Origin: Felis catus
Lineage: Eukaryota
NCBI RefSeq assembly: GCF_018350175.1
Contig: NC_058368.1
Coordinates: forward strand, 54,314,001 to 54,378,000
Direction: 5' to 3'
DNA: 64,000 nt
Translations under genes and position numbers: made by a program
In this document: positions 39,830-53,182 of the stretch, in pieces
Layout of the letters: every line of letters begins with the position of its first letter
How positions within the stretch are numbered: position 1 is the first letter of the stretch
Notes under the pieces: generated by a model
Told to the model about the DNA's origin: nothing
Databases searched by the model: none
The model's input: the letters and a program-made list of their open reading frames with translations, nothing else

Positions 39830-41731
39830 GTTTTAAATTGGGATAGTAGGGACCTGGGTACATGTAGAAGGAGGAGGGGCAAAGGCAGTGAAAGAAACTC
39901 TTCAAAGGCCTTTGCTAGAGCACAGCCTGGTTGCTAGGGCTTGAAAAGATTGTTATTTGTAGCTAACACAAAGTTATTCCAAAATGCACTCAGCCTTAGA
40001 AGCAAACAAGTACTAAGTTCTTAAAGAGAGGCATGGATTGAATCTCCCAACATATGAAAATAATATTTTGACACTTCAGGATGCACATACATTTCATGAA
40101 ATGTAAGAGGGGGTGAAAAGGAGGTTTTAAAAATTATTTAAATTAAGGACACCCATCTTTAAAAACTCATCTATTTAAAAACACTTGGATTTTTACAGTA
40201 TTTATTTCTAAAATTTCATTTTCTTTTAAGTCTTGTAAAGTTGGGTTCATCAAAACAAGCCTACATGACAAGAAAATAAATGTGTAATTCTACTTTAGTT
40301 TTATGTATTGACTTTCTTCCAAACCTAGAGCCTTATAATTAGTTTCTTTTCCATTTTTTCTGTTTACTTATAAATAAGTAAATGGTATTTTATGGAAGAT
40401 CCATAAATATGCACTTCTTTTAATAGAAATTATTTAAATTAATTATAGAATTACTCTAAAGTTTGCTATGGGACCAGGCAGAGGAAATTTACACAGAATC
40501 AGTTATTTTAACATAAATTCAGCAAGCAAAGAAAATAAGAGTGATGTTAACACATGAATCCTGGGTAGTGGGAAGGGGAGTAGAGAAATGCCTTCGTTGG
40601 TCTCTGTGAAGAATCAGAGCTTAAATATGATATGTTTTGGTGAGTTTTTAATTTGGTGGGGACAGAGAAAGCCTAGATATTCATCATTGATAAAACACAG
40701 ATCGGAGTAGTTGGGAAGGTAGCCATAGTACCAATGGATTAATAAAGCCAACCAATGAATGCTACTAAAAACAGATCCTAACTTCTTTTAGTGTCTATTT
40801 TGGCATTCATTTGGTCAGAATGACATACTTTTTAAAGATGCAAACTGCAGAGGAACTTAGAGAGATGACTAATATCCTCCCTCACCCTCCCTAGTATCTG
40901 AATGTCTTCAAGTTCTTGGGTAAGGAACCTATAGATAATCAGAATCCTGAACGTGGGCATAGAAAAATTAAAAAGATGATTATGGAATGGAAAAAAATAT
41001 AAAAGCACATATTCAAAATTAACTCTCTTGACCTTGTAAGGTTGACAGCACAATCCCTAGAAGTGTTCACTTTTGAACAGAACTGCACCCTGAAGACCCT
41101 ATAGAATGAGCTTCTGCCCACCAGAAACATGATCATTGGAGCACTTTTCTCATCACCTCTATTGAAACAAAGCAAAAGAAAAACAAACAAACAAACAAAA
41201 AACAGGAATGTAAGTTAATACTGTTGTTACCCAAAGCACACAGGGCAATTTATGTTTTCATAGAATGCCTAAGTAATGAGAAGAATTAATTTTTATAAAA
41301 ATAACTATTTGCAATGGTAATACAAAAATTGATCATTCACTCTGCACCAATCACTGCGCTAAGCATTTAAAAACAATTTTTTTTTAATTTTAACTTTCCC
41401 AGTGACCTAAGATGTTGATCATCTTTCAGGTGGGAATATTGGGGGTCCTGGAAGTTGGTCAAGTGTACACAGCTAGGATAAGTGCTGGAAACAAGATTCA
41501 AATAGAAATTCAACTAAAAATTTAAGTTCTCAACCACCATTTCCTTTTTGCATTGAAGTCTTTATGGCTGTGAATAATTTAACTCATTTCTTTATGGGGT
41601 CAAAAGTTAAAATTTCAGGTAAACATTTTACTATAAATGGGAATTCACTGTGTAATTATTTGCCTATGAGGAATAGTTCAACGGTTGAATAATTTTCATT
41701 AGTTTTTAAAATTAAAGAGAAGTACATTATT

Positions 41732-41933
41732 GGGGTGTCTGGGTGGGTCAGTTGGCTCAGGTCATGATCTCGCAGTTCGTGAGTTCAAATCCCACATTGG
41801 GCTCTGTGCTGAGAGCTCAGAGCCTGGATCCTGCTTCAGATTCTGTGTCTGCATCTCTCTCTGCTCCTTCTGTCCGGGCTCTGTTTCTCTGTCTCTCTCT
41901 CTCTCAAAAATAAATAAAAACATTAAAAAAAAA
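41732..41933 (+). mobile_element. Felid SINE with a short internal deletion in the head
   Basis: ggggtgtctgggtgg head, CT tract, A tail. Confidence 0.88.
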
Positions 41934-42038
41934 AGAGAGAGAAGTCTATTCTTTAAAAGATCCATTTATCTTTTGAAATATCACATAAATATTAGGCTAG
42001 CCTGTCAGTTACAGTTAATTAAGAATAAAACTGAATTC

Positions 42039-42235
42039 GGGGCACCTGGGTGGCTTAGTCGGTTAAGTGTCTGTCTCTTGATTTCGGCTCGGGTCATGAT
42101 CTCATGGTTCATGGGACTGAGCCCTGCATCAGACTCTCTGTGCTGACTGCATGGATCCTGCTTGGATTTCTCTCTCTCCCTCTCTCTCTGCCCCTCCCCT
42201 GCTCACATGTGTGTGTGCTCATGTATTACTCTCTC

Positions 42236-42266
<31 letters not shown>
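42039..42266 (+). mobile_element. Carnivore SINE with (TAAA)n tail
   Basis: TSD aagaataaaact[g/a]aattc at 42021-42038 and from 42267. Confidence 0.92.
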
Positions 42267-43517
42267 AAGAATAAAACTAAATTCAAAATTACATAGAAAT
42301 AGTATTGATTTAGTGAAACAACTTCCACATACTATACTGAATGAGTTTAACAAAACTGAAGTGTTGAGCCAATTTCTTCAGTGTCATTTAAGCTCTCTTC
42401 ACATGATAACTTTGGAGTGAATGGGAAACTCATGTAGTTGGCTCCATGCAAATCAAAGTATAAATTTAGTAAATAAGTTGCTCACTTTTCACCATGTTTA
42501 CATTTGTCATGAAAGGGAGATGAGTGATGGGTAACTTTTTAAAAAATCCATCTTCTTGATATTTTGTTTGTTATCCTGTGGTCATAACCAGGAAAGCATA
42601 CAGTTTCCTACACAAGAGAAAAGTCAAAGCCAAGGGAGGGGAGAAGGAGTTAGTCACAGCCCTCAAGGTGCAGCAGCTGCAGGATTTGGTAATCATTAAT
42701 GCACTTCAGAATATCTGATTTTTAAAGTAGTTCTAACATGCTTTGTATATTATGGATATATTTGAGAAATTGATTTGGACAGGTCAGAATTCAACCTGTA
42801 TTACCTCATGGTAAGACCTATATAGTTCAAGTATAATATCTATTACTTCTTTAGAAATTATTACAATATAAGAAAGGACGACATTTTGATGCAAATTTAG
42901 CTACTTGGACATCACAATTCATCTTCATCAACTGATAATTATGGTTTTTGGTGCCTTTGTACATGTCATTACACTATATCCTTGATTTTGTGAGTGATAT
43001 TTTTCATGAAATAAGTAGATTATTATAAATAGCTGTTTTTTTAGTATAAGAGGCATACCAAGAAAAGATAATGATGTAATTATAAGCACTTATGACATTT
43101 TAAAACTACCTTTGCAGTTGGGTACATTTATTCCTCTTTGAATCCATTGCATTTGAAGTCATTTAAACAGTTCTATGCTTTTTTTCTTATTTCTTTCTCA
43201 GTTGTAGTATCTAAAAATTGATAACCAAATCAAATCCATTTGTAATGCTAACCATAAATTAAATGAATATAGTATTATGAAATTAATTCATTCCTAATTT
43301 CAGACACATGGACCTGAATAAAGATTTCTAAAAGTTTTTAATGCATCTTTTATTTTTGGAATTTTATCATGACTAAATTTCTAGGCTTGAGCACTTAAGT
43401 TTCTTAATATTTTCTTGTCTTTCCTCTCTGCAGCTGCACACTGAATTAATGTGTCAGTCCGGTTTATAAATCCCATAATGGAGAGAATTGGATTTTTAAA
43501 AATCATTTCCTTTTTGC

Positions 43518-43868
43518 CAGTAGTTCTTAACCAGGGGCAAGTTTTCTACCCAGGGGACATTTGGCAATGTCTGGAGACATCGTTAGTTGTCACTAAAATT
43601 TTGAGGAGAGAGGCAGCAGGAGAGGCCTAGGGTGCTGCTAACCTCCCTACAATGCACAGAACAGGCCTACGTCAAAAATTATCCAGTTCAAATGAGCACT
43701 GGGTGTTACATGTAAGTGATGAGTCACTGAATTCTATTCCTGAAATATTGCAGTGGATGGTAACTAAAATTTAAATTAAAAAAAAGAAGATGAAAAAAAA
43801 AGGTTAATTGTTGAAATAAAAAAACATATCCAGTTCAAATGGTAATAGAGTCACTATTGAAAAATCTC
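43518..43868 (+). mobile_element. MER20 (hAT-Charlie) interrupted by a short L1 insertion
   Basis: cagtagttcttaaccagggg...ccaggggacatttggcaatgtctggagacat is the MER20 signature. Confidence 0.85.
43695..43826 (+). mobile_element. Severely 5'-truncated carnivore L1 3' end
   Basis: agcactgggtgtt... matches the L1 3'UTR; A-rich tail; TSD tatccagttcaaatg at 43680-43694 and 43827-43841. Confidence 0.85.
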
Positions 43869-44523
43869 TTCTATGCAATAACCTTGTGAGCAGTATGATA
43901 TTTAGTTCTACAATTTGGTAAAAAGAAGTAAATTTAATCTTTTTTATCATGAGTGGTATGTTGTGGAAAACATAAACCTCAAAAGCCTCAAAAAGCGCAC
44001 TTGCATGAGGAAAGAAAATCAGTAAGTGGAAATAACAAACGTGAAGTAGTTTGAGTCCAATAAGTTGGGATCAGAGCGTTCAGATGCTGAACATCTGATG
44101 CTCTGAGCAAATCTTGGCTGTCTCAACACAGCCCAAAACTAAGCATGTGTAATTTCAAGAGTTTGAACCCCGTGGCACGTGGAGTATGTGAGAATAAGCA
44201 GTGTCCACTGGAGAAGATGTGTGTTGAACAAGGTTTTAACATTTTCTAAAGAGAGTGAGGTTTTGATTAGGGCAAGGAGGAGATGTGAACACGATGAAAA
44301 GATTGAGCATATGGATGAAAGCTATTTAAAATGGAAGTAGGCTTGGGAGAGCAGATGACTGTTGTTGAGAGAGAGAGGTCCTCCATGGAGGGAGAATCAG
44401 GGCACATAGGTTATTTGGAGATGGTCTTCTTGTGTGCTTAGGATGAGGCCCCAAAAAGAACAAAAAAAAATAAATTACTTGTATCTTTAGTGTCATACAT
44501 TTTGGCCTTTAAAACTTGGCCGA

Positions 44524-44687
44524 GGGGTGCCAGGGTGGCTCCGTCAGTTAAGCTTCCGACTCTTGATTTCGGCTCAGGTCATGATCTCATAGTTTGTGAG
44601 TTTGAGCCCCGTGACGGGCTCTGCACTGACAGTGCTGAGCATGCTTGGGGTCCTCTGTCTCCCTCTCTCTGCCCCTCCCCCACTCAT

Positions 44688-44733
<46 letters not shown>

Positions 44734-44760
44734 AAAATAAATAAATAAACAGTAAAAAAA
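44524..44760 (+). mobile_element. Carnivore SINE with long (CT)n
   Basis: Head, (CT)n at ~44689-44733, A-rich tail. Confidence 0.92.
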
Positions 44761-45860
44761 TTAGCTGAATCTTCTAATTGATTAATTCGGCTCAAAATGG
44801 GAGATAAGAGTAAATAAAGGACATTTTGGATTGTGCTCAGCCTGAAAGAGATAAGGAGCATTATCGATTAGGTCTGAAAATATGAAAGATAAAGTGCAAA
44901 AACGTATTATTTATTAGTACATTGCTCGCAGGTTGGCTGCATAAATTTTATACCACTAATGGATGCAGAGAAGCTTAAGGATGCTGGAAAAATATAACTT
45001 TGGTTATTGTTTAAAATTGATGACACCTTTATGGGCTAGAGGAAAATCTCTGTTGGGAAGTGTTCTCCCTAAATTGTTGAGGAGAATTTGAGACATCTAT
45101 CTCTTGCTGGAGTCACCGAAGCCTTTTATAATTGGGAATGGGGGTGGGGGAGAGGTCTATTTTAGAAATTAAATTGGAGATAAGCAAGAAAAAGGAGCAA
45201 GGGAGATTTCAGCTTGATTAACATATTTTAGTTTTTTCTTAGCTAAGGGCCAAATGGATGTTTTAGTTCCTTTTAACTATATTATTTGGATAAGACACTA
45301 AGTGTATGATATATGGTTTTTCTAAAATGGATATTTGTTCATACCAGAAAGTACAATTATTTTTGTAATATAAATACAAAACCTCTAAAATGAACTAACA
45401 AATAATCTTGAGAATTTTTAAAGAACACTCATTATCTGTCTACTATGTTTTGAAAACTGTTAATATAATAGCTTTTGCAGTAATACAATTGTATTTCAGG
45501 ATTTGCCAATTCATTTATTCTTGGGAAAATCTATGCTAAGTACAAAGTTCAATAAAAAACAGGTTAGCTTTAGGATGTTGTTTTTACCCTATAAGGAATA
45601 GCAGATAATATAAAGTGTGTGGCGTTTCAGGGAATCGATAGGGAAAGGCTGGACCTGAGAAGAAGGGAAAAAAGCGCGTGTCCTGGCTAAAGGCGACACC
45701 ATTTACTCATTGCCTATGGATTGTTACCATCTGTAAATATGGATACATCTTCTGATTTTTCAAGGAAGATAAAATCAAGATTTTTAAATGTGACAGATGC
45801 TTATTTTTTTTTCATTGGTTTTCCCATTTTTTTTCCTGTATGTAAGAAATAAGCATTTCT

Positions 45861-46088
45861 TTTTTTTTTTAATTCTTTTTTCAATGTTTTTATTTATTTT
45901 TGGGACAGAGAGAGACAGAGCATGAACGGGGGAGGGGCAGAGAGAGAGAGGGAGACACAGAATCGGAAACAGGCTCCAGGCTCCGAGCCATCAGCCCAGA
46001 GCCTGACGCGGGGCTCGAACTCACGGACCGCGAGATCGTGACCTGGCTGAAGTCGGACGCTTAACCGACTGCGCCACCCAGGCGCCCC
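45861..46088 (-). mobile_element. Very young felid SINE (SINEC_Fc type)
   Basis: CpGs retained throughout; perfect 17-bp TSD aagaaataagcatttct at 45844-45860 and 46089-46105. Confidence 0.97.
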
Positions 46089-46153
46089 AAGAAATAAGCA
46101 TTTCTAAGAGGCAAAATGTCATATCATCTTTCTTCTTATTAACGAAGATTATA

Positions 46154-46704
46154 CAGATCTTCCTTGACTTACGATGGGCTTATGTCCCAATAAACTCATC
46201 GTAAATTGAAAATATTGTAATTCATCAACTATACTTAAATTAAAAAAAAAAGAAAATATCATAAGCGGAAAATGCATTTAATAAATCTAACTTCCCCAAC
46301 CTCATAACTAGCTTCGCCTACCTTAAATGTGCTCAGGGCATATACCTTAGACTGCAGTTGGGGAGCATCAGCCAATGCAAAGCCTGTTTTATAATAAAAC
46401 GTTGAATATCTCATGCAATTCATTAAATGGTATACTGAAAGTGAAAGAATGGTTGTATGGGTGCAGAACAGTCGTAAGCATATTGGTTGTTTGCCTCATG
46501 ATTGTGTGCCTGAACTGGGGATGCTGTGGGGAGCTGGGATGCCGTGGCTGCCAGCCTCACGAGAGAGGATCACAACACATATTGCTAGCTGGGGGAAAGA
46601 TTCAAATTAAAAATTCCAAGTATGAATTCTGAATGCATATTGCTTTCACACCATTGTAAAGTTGAAAAATCTTAATGACCCATCGTTAAGTTGAGGTTTG
46701 TCTA
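46154..46704 (+). mobile_element. MER47/Tigger5-type DNA transposon fossil
   Basis: TA-flanked inverted termini cagat...gacttacgatgg and ccatcgttaagttgagg...tct; family recalled from memory. Confidence 0.8.
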
Positions 46705-48289
46705 TACATTGTTTTTCAGTCCATGTAATGTCTGCTCTTCTCAATTAAAGTTACATTTTTCTGAAATCATAAACAGTATATGTTTGTAAAATATAATTAA
46801 ATATTGTGATATAAGCTTTAATGTTCCTGGGTAGCAAAGTACAGTGTATAAATACTGGACAGGGTAACATGCTCATGATGGCAATATTTGGAATTAACTT
46901 TAAAACTTGTCAGTAATGATATACTAGAATTTCATTCATTAAATTTGTTAAAGTTGTAATTCAGTTCAACATTGTTACATTGTTGATTTAGAAAGTATGC
47001 CAGAGGGATATTTCCAACTTTAATAAAAGGGGTGAAAACATAGTCACCCCTTCTTTCAAAAATCGCCTTTGCAAGGAGAAAAAAAAGAGCCACAAATGAC
47101 ATTTTTGTTCTAATTTGTCAAAAATCTGTAATCTCAAAATTTATGAAAATGGAAATCAGACAAGGAAACAGCAAATGATTCAGCAAAGTAAAAGAGGGTC
47201 AAGAGAGAGAATCAAACCAGCGGCTGATTTACCTCAGAGCCATAGAAAATAAATTATGAACAAAATGGGCTTTAAATGTAAAGTTAGAGTGAAGGTCTGG
47301 AAACAGGTGAATTGTTTCAAAGTTTCTATTAGAAGCAGTTAGACCTCCTGGATCACACCTTTACCTTGTGCCCTGAGATTGCTACCTTTCCTTCCTTAAG
47401 AAAGACCACATATTTTTTCTACGGAAGCTTCATTCAGAATAGTACAAACTCAGTTTCTTCAGATCCAGAGAAAGGTAGACATGAAGGTGCAAGTGAAAAT
47501 AAGGACCTACCTGAACACTAAAACATACCAATGTCAAGTTTGCTGGTAGCTAAGCAATACCCCAGACAGGTAGCTAAATGATCCTTCTGTGAAGAAACTT
47601 AACGCTCCAGAGGAAAAACCTCCAGATTCTGAAGTTTGGAAAGTTCCAAAATAAACTTTGCCCAGTAACCCATTACTCTATAGCCCACTATTTCTATGCA
47701 CTCAGAATCTTTGTGCTCAGCTTTGATACCTATTTCTTGCATATAATTAACAAGAAAGGGTCACTAGACATTTGAGGAAAAGCTCCACATTCAAGGAGGC
47801 CCATCCCTGCCCTTTTCACCCCCTCTGAGCAGAATAGAATGTAGTGGTTCTGCTTCCAATGGAGGTTCTATAAGTTCATAGTGGATCAAAATTCTACTGA
47901 TATAACAACTGTAAATTTTAGACAAAATATTTTGAAAACCACTCAAAGGCATTAGAAAGTGGACAAAAGCAAGAAAATGCTGCAGAAGAGCTCATATTTG
48001 GAAGAAAGAATGCCATTATTTTACAGTGTCTTTGATATCAGGCTGAGGCTGCAGCACAGGGATTACTTATGATTTTGTTTTGGAAGTTTTTCTGTTTAAG
48101 GATTTTCCCTTTTAAGGAAGGGCAGGGTGGAAAGTCATGAAGTGGAGCCAAGAAGTTCCCTTGCACAAGAATTTGAAAGGCAGAAAGACACATAAATAAG
48201 GAAACTGATTTGGTTGCCCAGATGTGTGATAGAGAAATATAACTAAGTTAATTCTATGTGAAATAATTGAATTGAGTAAGAATTTGTAT

Positions 48290-48512
48290 GATACTGGGTG
48301 CCATACGCTCCTCTAAATGGTTACCACATATTAACCCATTCAATCATCTTAATAATCCTGGGAGGTTGGTAGTATTACATACACATTTCACAGATGAGGC
48401 TATGAAAGCACAGAGAGGTTAGTAACTTCCCCCCAGGTCTCACAGCTAACAGGTGACAGAGACCTCTTTGGCTCCATTATGAATAAATGCTATAGCCAAG
48501 CAATACTGCCCC
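48290..48512 (-). mobile_element. MIR
   Basis: Core catttcacagatgagg...gcacagagaggttagtaactt. Confidence 0.8.
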
Positions 48513-49091
48513 CGATTTCTTACATAATATATTGTACATTATGGAGCCATGATAATGTTTTGGTACAAATCTTGTAAGTAGATTCTTCCTCACTCAAGGC
48601 TTAGAGTAAAAAGGGCTCCTTCACTTGCTGTCTTCCAGACCAGTTAGCTCAGTTAAAAACTACCTGACATTCAATTGCCAGACTGTTTTGTATGTTATGT
48701 CTTATTGCGAATGCGCTGTGCATTCCTTTCATATACTCTAATCCCCTGACTCCCAACTCAGGCCAGTGACTGCGACTGTGGAGCTACCAGGGACTGGGCC
48801 CCTGTCCACGAGCACGTGACCTCTGCTCCCTGCCTCAAGTCACCTGCAGGTGCTTGGCTAATGTGTCAGCCTCGCAGAACCCTCTCCTATCTTAGAGTTC
48901 CTCAGCCTTTCATGAGCTTCCCTTTTCCCCCACTTGCCTTGAGAATTTCCTGTATTTCCTTGCTAGTCCCGCTCTGAGAATTTCTGTCCTCACTGCCCTT
49001 TATCACAGGGACTCCAAGGTGCCTGAGACCTGGTCCGTTGGCGGCTGTGTCGTTCTCAGCAATAACCCTAGTCCTCTACACTGCTACTTTC

Positions 49092-49325
49092 TTTTTATTT
49101 TTTATTTTTTTTATTAAAAATTTTTTTTAACGTTTATTTTTGAGACAGAGAGAGACAGAGCATGAACGGGGGAAGGTCAAAGAGAGGGAGACACAGAATC
49201 TGAAACAGTCTCCAGGTTCTGAGCTGTCAGCACAGAGCCCGATGTGGGGCTTGAACTCACGGACTGCGAGATCATGACCTGAGCCGAAGTCGGCGGCTTA
49301 ACTGACTGAGCCACCCAGGCGCCCC
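49092..49325 (-). mobile_element. Felid SINE (SINEC_Fc type)
   Basis: TSD tacactgctactttc at 49077-49091 and 49326-49340. Confidence 0.95.
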
Positions 49326-50689
49326 TACACTGCTACTTTCAACTGTTTTACTTTATATTCACATTTTGGGGACAGCCAATGATGATGAGAAAATTGACTT
49401 CAGTTTTGGAAAGGGTTGATGTTAAGAACCTTTTTGATAATACATTTGTATGCATGGCTTCAACTCACACAAAATCAATATGTTGTCTTTGCAGGTACAA
49501 AACGAATAAAATAACAAAAAAGATAGGTTGTTTCCTTCTAATAAACACAATATAAACAATCATGTAGTAAATCTCTACATAATTACATGCACATGGAGAG
49601 AATGAAACTTCAAACCAATTCTTCATTTATATACCTCAAGAAAACCTAAATTTTCAAATTCCTATAGTCTAATGAGGAGGTTTGCCACCTTAAAAATTTT
49701 CCCATGCTTATTTTTTCTAAAACTAAAATACTGTTGGATAAAAATGTGGAATCAAGGCCTTCTGCATATACATTTTATTTATAAAAACCTTTTTTTTCCC
49801 TTTAATCAATTCTTGTGATTTGCAATGATAGGCAAGTCAGGTATAATTTTCTCTTGGTTATTGCATTCATACACTCATGCAAAAATAAAAAAAATGTTTT
49901 ATTTTTCTTTCTTCACTTTACCAAAATTGGTGACTTACATCATACTGAGAGGCCCACATGAGTATTTGTTTTTAAATTAGGACCATATTCTCAATTCGCT
50001 ACACAATAAAGGGATTATACATTTAAAAGAACTGTATGCAATCAAGAAGAAATTTTAATTAATCACAAATAGAACTGGCCCAATGGAAATAATTTGACCC
50101 GACAGTTTGAGGTTTGATCAGCATAACACAGAGATTAAGAAGACTTTTGACCTGAACAGAGTCGGAATTGGTTCAGTCTGGAACTTTAGAAAGGGAAAGC
50201 TAATGGGTTCAAATCACACAATATTATTGTTTCCCATAATGCTACCGACCCATTAGCAAACAGTGAGAAACTTGCTTAGTTTCTGTAGAAACCATCCAGA
50301 AGCATGTATAGCTCCAGTCCACAATGAAGCAACAGAGATTATGCCATAACAAACTATAATCTTTCTCCCATGTTCTTCATGTGTAAAACACTGAGCCAGT
50401 TCCTTTGAAGCACTAATTGACTGTCTGTATCAATTAGTGGCCTGATCGCTTTCTAGCTTACATTTATGTCTCCACAGTAACCAATTGGCATTTGGAGGAG
50501 GATGAGAGTACTCACTGGGAAGTATTTAAACAGGTACAACATAAAAGAATAACTGAAATTTAGGAACAAGGCTCAGCAACTCATATTTTGCAATAGGAAC
50601 TTAGTGTGGAAAAGCTGAAGATTTAACTAAAATGGAATCCTTTATTAAAATAGCAACATGGTATAATAAATATATAACATGCAGTAAAA

Positions 50690-50930
50690 GGCAGAGGATA
50701 CGGTGGGGAAACGTGGCTTTGATGCCAGAGAAACCTAAGTTTGCTTTTCTTGTGCAGTTTCTTAGCTGATAAGAAACTATCGGCGCAATCTCTCTGAGTC
50801 TCAGTTTACCCATATGGTAACTGGGTCTTTGTGGGTCTATTGGGGGGAATTAAATACACTAATACATGTGAAATGATATAGATAATTCCTGGCCCATGCT
50901 ATGTCCTCAGTAAATACCGGACATTGTCAT
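50690..50930 (+). mobile_element. MIR
   Basis: Core tctctctgagtctcagttt..cat; 3' part cctggcccat...cagtaaat. Confidence 0.75.
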
Positions 50931-51265
50931 CATCACCATGATGATGGGCTGGAAAGGGGGGAAGGAAAGTGCAATATGATAACTAATGCTTACCATTGAA
51001 AATAAACAAAAACCACAATCACCTTGAAAAAAATGATAGACTTGTTCTATGTTACTCCAAAGGGCGAAACTAATTCCATCAAATACACTGAAGTTAGGAT
51101 GACAGAAGCTTTAATTCCATATAAGCAAGAACTTTACTAACAATTTGAATGGAATGGAACCTGAAATCCACCTGATTGTGGATAATCACCTATTAGATTG
51201 TTAGAGATAGAATGGTGCTTATACTGAAATAACAGGGGCCTAGAGTTTCTATGAGCTAAAATATT

Positions 51266-51476
51266 TTTTAATGTTTATTTATTTATTTTGAGAAAGAGTG
51301 TGCACATGAGCAAAAGCACATGAGAGAGCGGGGGAGGGGCAGAGAGAAGGGAGAGAAAGAATCTGCACTGTCCGTGCAGAGCCCCACACAGCACTGTATC
51401 CCCCGGCCCGTGAGATCATCACCTGAGCTGAAATCATGAGTCGGACGCTTAACCGACTGAGCTACCCAGATGCTCC
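51266..51476 (-). mobile_element. Carnivore SINE (SINEC)
   Basis: TSD taaaatatttt on both sides. Confidence 0.9.
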
Positions 51477-52960
51477 TAAAATATTTTATAATTACAATAT
51501 TTCTTATTAAAGTAAAAGGACAATTTCCTGAAATGGTTAGGTGATAAATACCAATAGTTATAAAGGTATCATCCATATAATAATGACAGAAAACTGGACA
51601 CATATAAGTTTATAAGAAAGGAACTTCAGAAATTAACTTAATATAGGATTAACAGTAATAAGATTATTGAAGTTAATACCAGGATTATAATAAACAGATT
51701 GAAAATATTTTTGGATACATACTATTATAATTTGACGTTGTGAAATTATATAAATAAGTATCAGTATATTAACAACTAAAAGCCATCCAGCTATAAAAAA
51801 AGATGAACAAATAATAATTCAACATAGAGTTTGTATATAATTTCCATATATCAAAATAGAAGGATAGAATTTTACTGGAAGTGAACTGGTCAATAATTAC
51901 GATTTTCCACAATTTTATGTCATTAAAGTTTTAGCAAGTATAGTCCTTTCAAAAATCTCTGAATGACTCCATATTTTTCATAGTGAATAGAAGAAACACA
52001 CAGAATCATTACATTCACTCTATGACCAGTCACAACTTTGGTAATAAACCTCTTTAGTAAACAAGAATGTACACAATTAGAAATATGATGTTTCTTGTCC
52101 TGTTTTTAAAAAGAAACCATGGGATATCAGTGTGTTTTATTTCTTACATATGTACACAGTCTGGAATTAAGCATGCGTTTTCATGTAATTCACACACAAG
52201 GAGTAATATGCTATGAATCAGCAGATGATTTACTGGAGATATTGATAGTTGAATATTGATTGAAGGAGGAAGCATAGGACTAAGGTAAGAAACATGGGGT
52301 CCAGTCATTATTTTGGCACTAATCAGGTGTGACTTTGGGAAAACCACCTAAACTCTCTGGTTTCAGTTTCTTCACTGAGAAACCACTAGTTCTCTCAGAT
52401 TAAACATTTTTATAAAATTTAAAAGTATAAATCTTATACTAGAATCCATTATTCTTTCTGAGACCCAGTGAAAATTAATGTCCAACTTTAAAAATATTAT
52501 GTTGTTTTCCCTTCCAAATCCATGAGTGCTTACTTGAGATTAGGGGATCTGATTTTGAGAAAGATGTTTATTTTGGAGATTGAAAGCTTAAGGTTTCCAG
52601 ATATTTTAGCTAGAAAGTGGTGGAGGTGGAACTACTCTCATTTCCCAAGCTTATACCATCAAGAAAAGGAGATCTCTTGAGCAAGTTGGCACTGTCTTGG
52701 TCTGCTAAAAAGCAGCATGTTTTTTGGCTCTGTGACTTCCCTGAGGTCCCTTGTCAAATACAGAGCCTTTTGGCTTTCTTAAATTTAAGGTCAACTTTAC
52801 CCATTTAGCTAACTTCAGAACTCATCAAAGTTTCCAAAATGCAAAAGATCACATGAGAGAGGACATATTTTTCTAACATAATTTAAGTTTGTGGCACACT
52901 GATTTCCTCAGGACACATTTTTGTCTACGGGTAATAGGGTCGTTGGGAGGAAGCATTCTT

Positions 52961-53182
52961 TTTTTTTTTAATTTTTTTTAATGTTTATTTATTTTTGAGA
53001 CAGAGAGAGACAGAGCATGAACGGGGGAGGGTCAGAGAGAGAGGGAGACAGAGAATCCCAAGGCAGGCTCCAGGCTCTGAGCTGTCAGCACAGGCCTGAC
53101 GCAGGGCTCGAACTCATGAACTGCAAGATCATGACCTGAGCCGAGTCGGCTGCTTAAACCGACTGAGCCATCCAGGCGCCCC
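52961..53182 (-). mobile_element. Felid SINE (SINEC_Fc type)
   Basis: TSD ggaggaagcattctt at 52946-52960 and 53184-53198. Confidence 0.95.

Noticed and set aside
43408..43470. Strong-looking acceptor tctttcctctctgcAG
   Set aside because: All frames stop within 12 codons and no clear donor follows.
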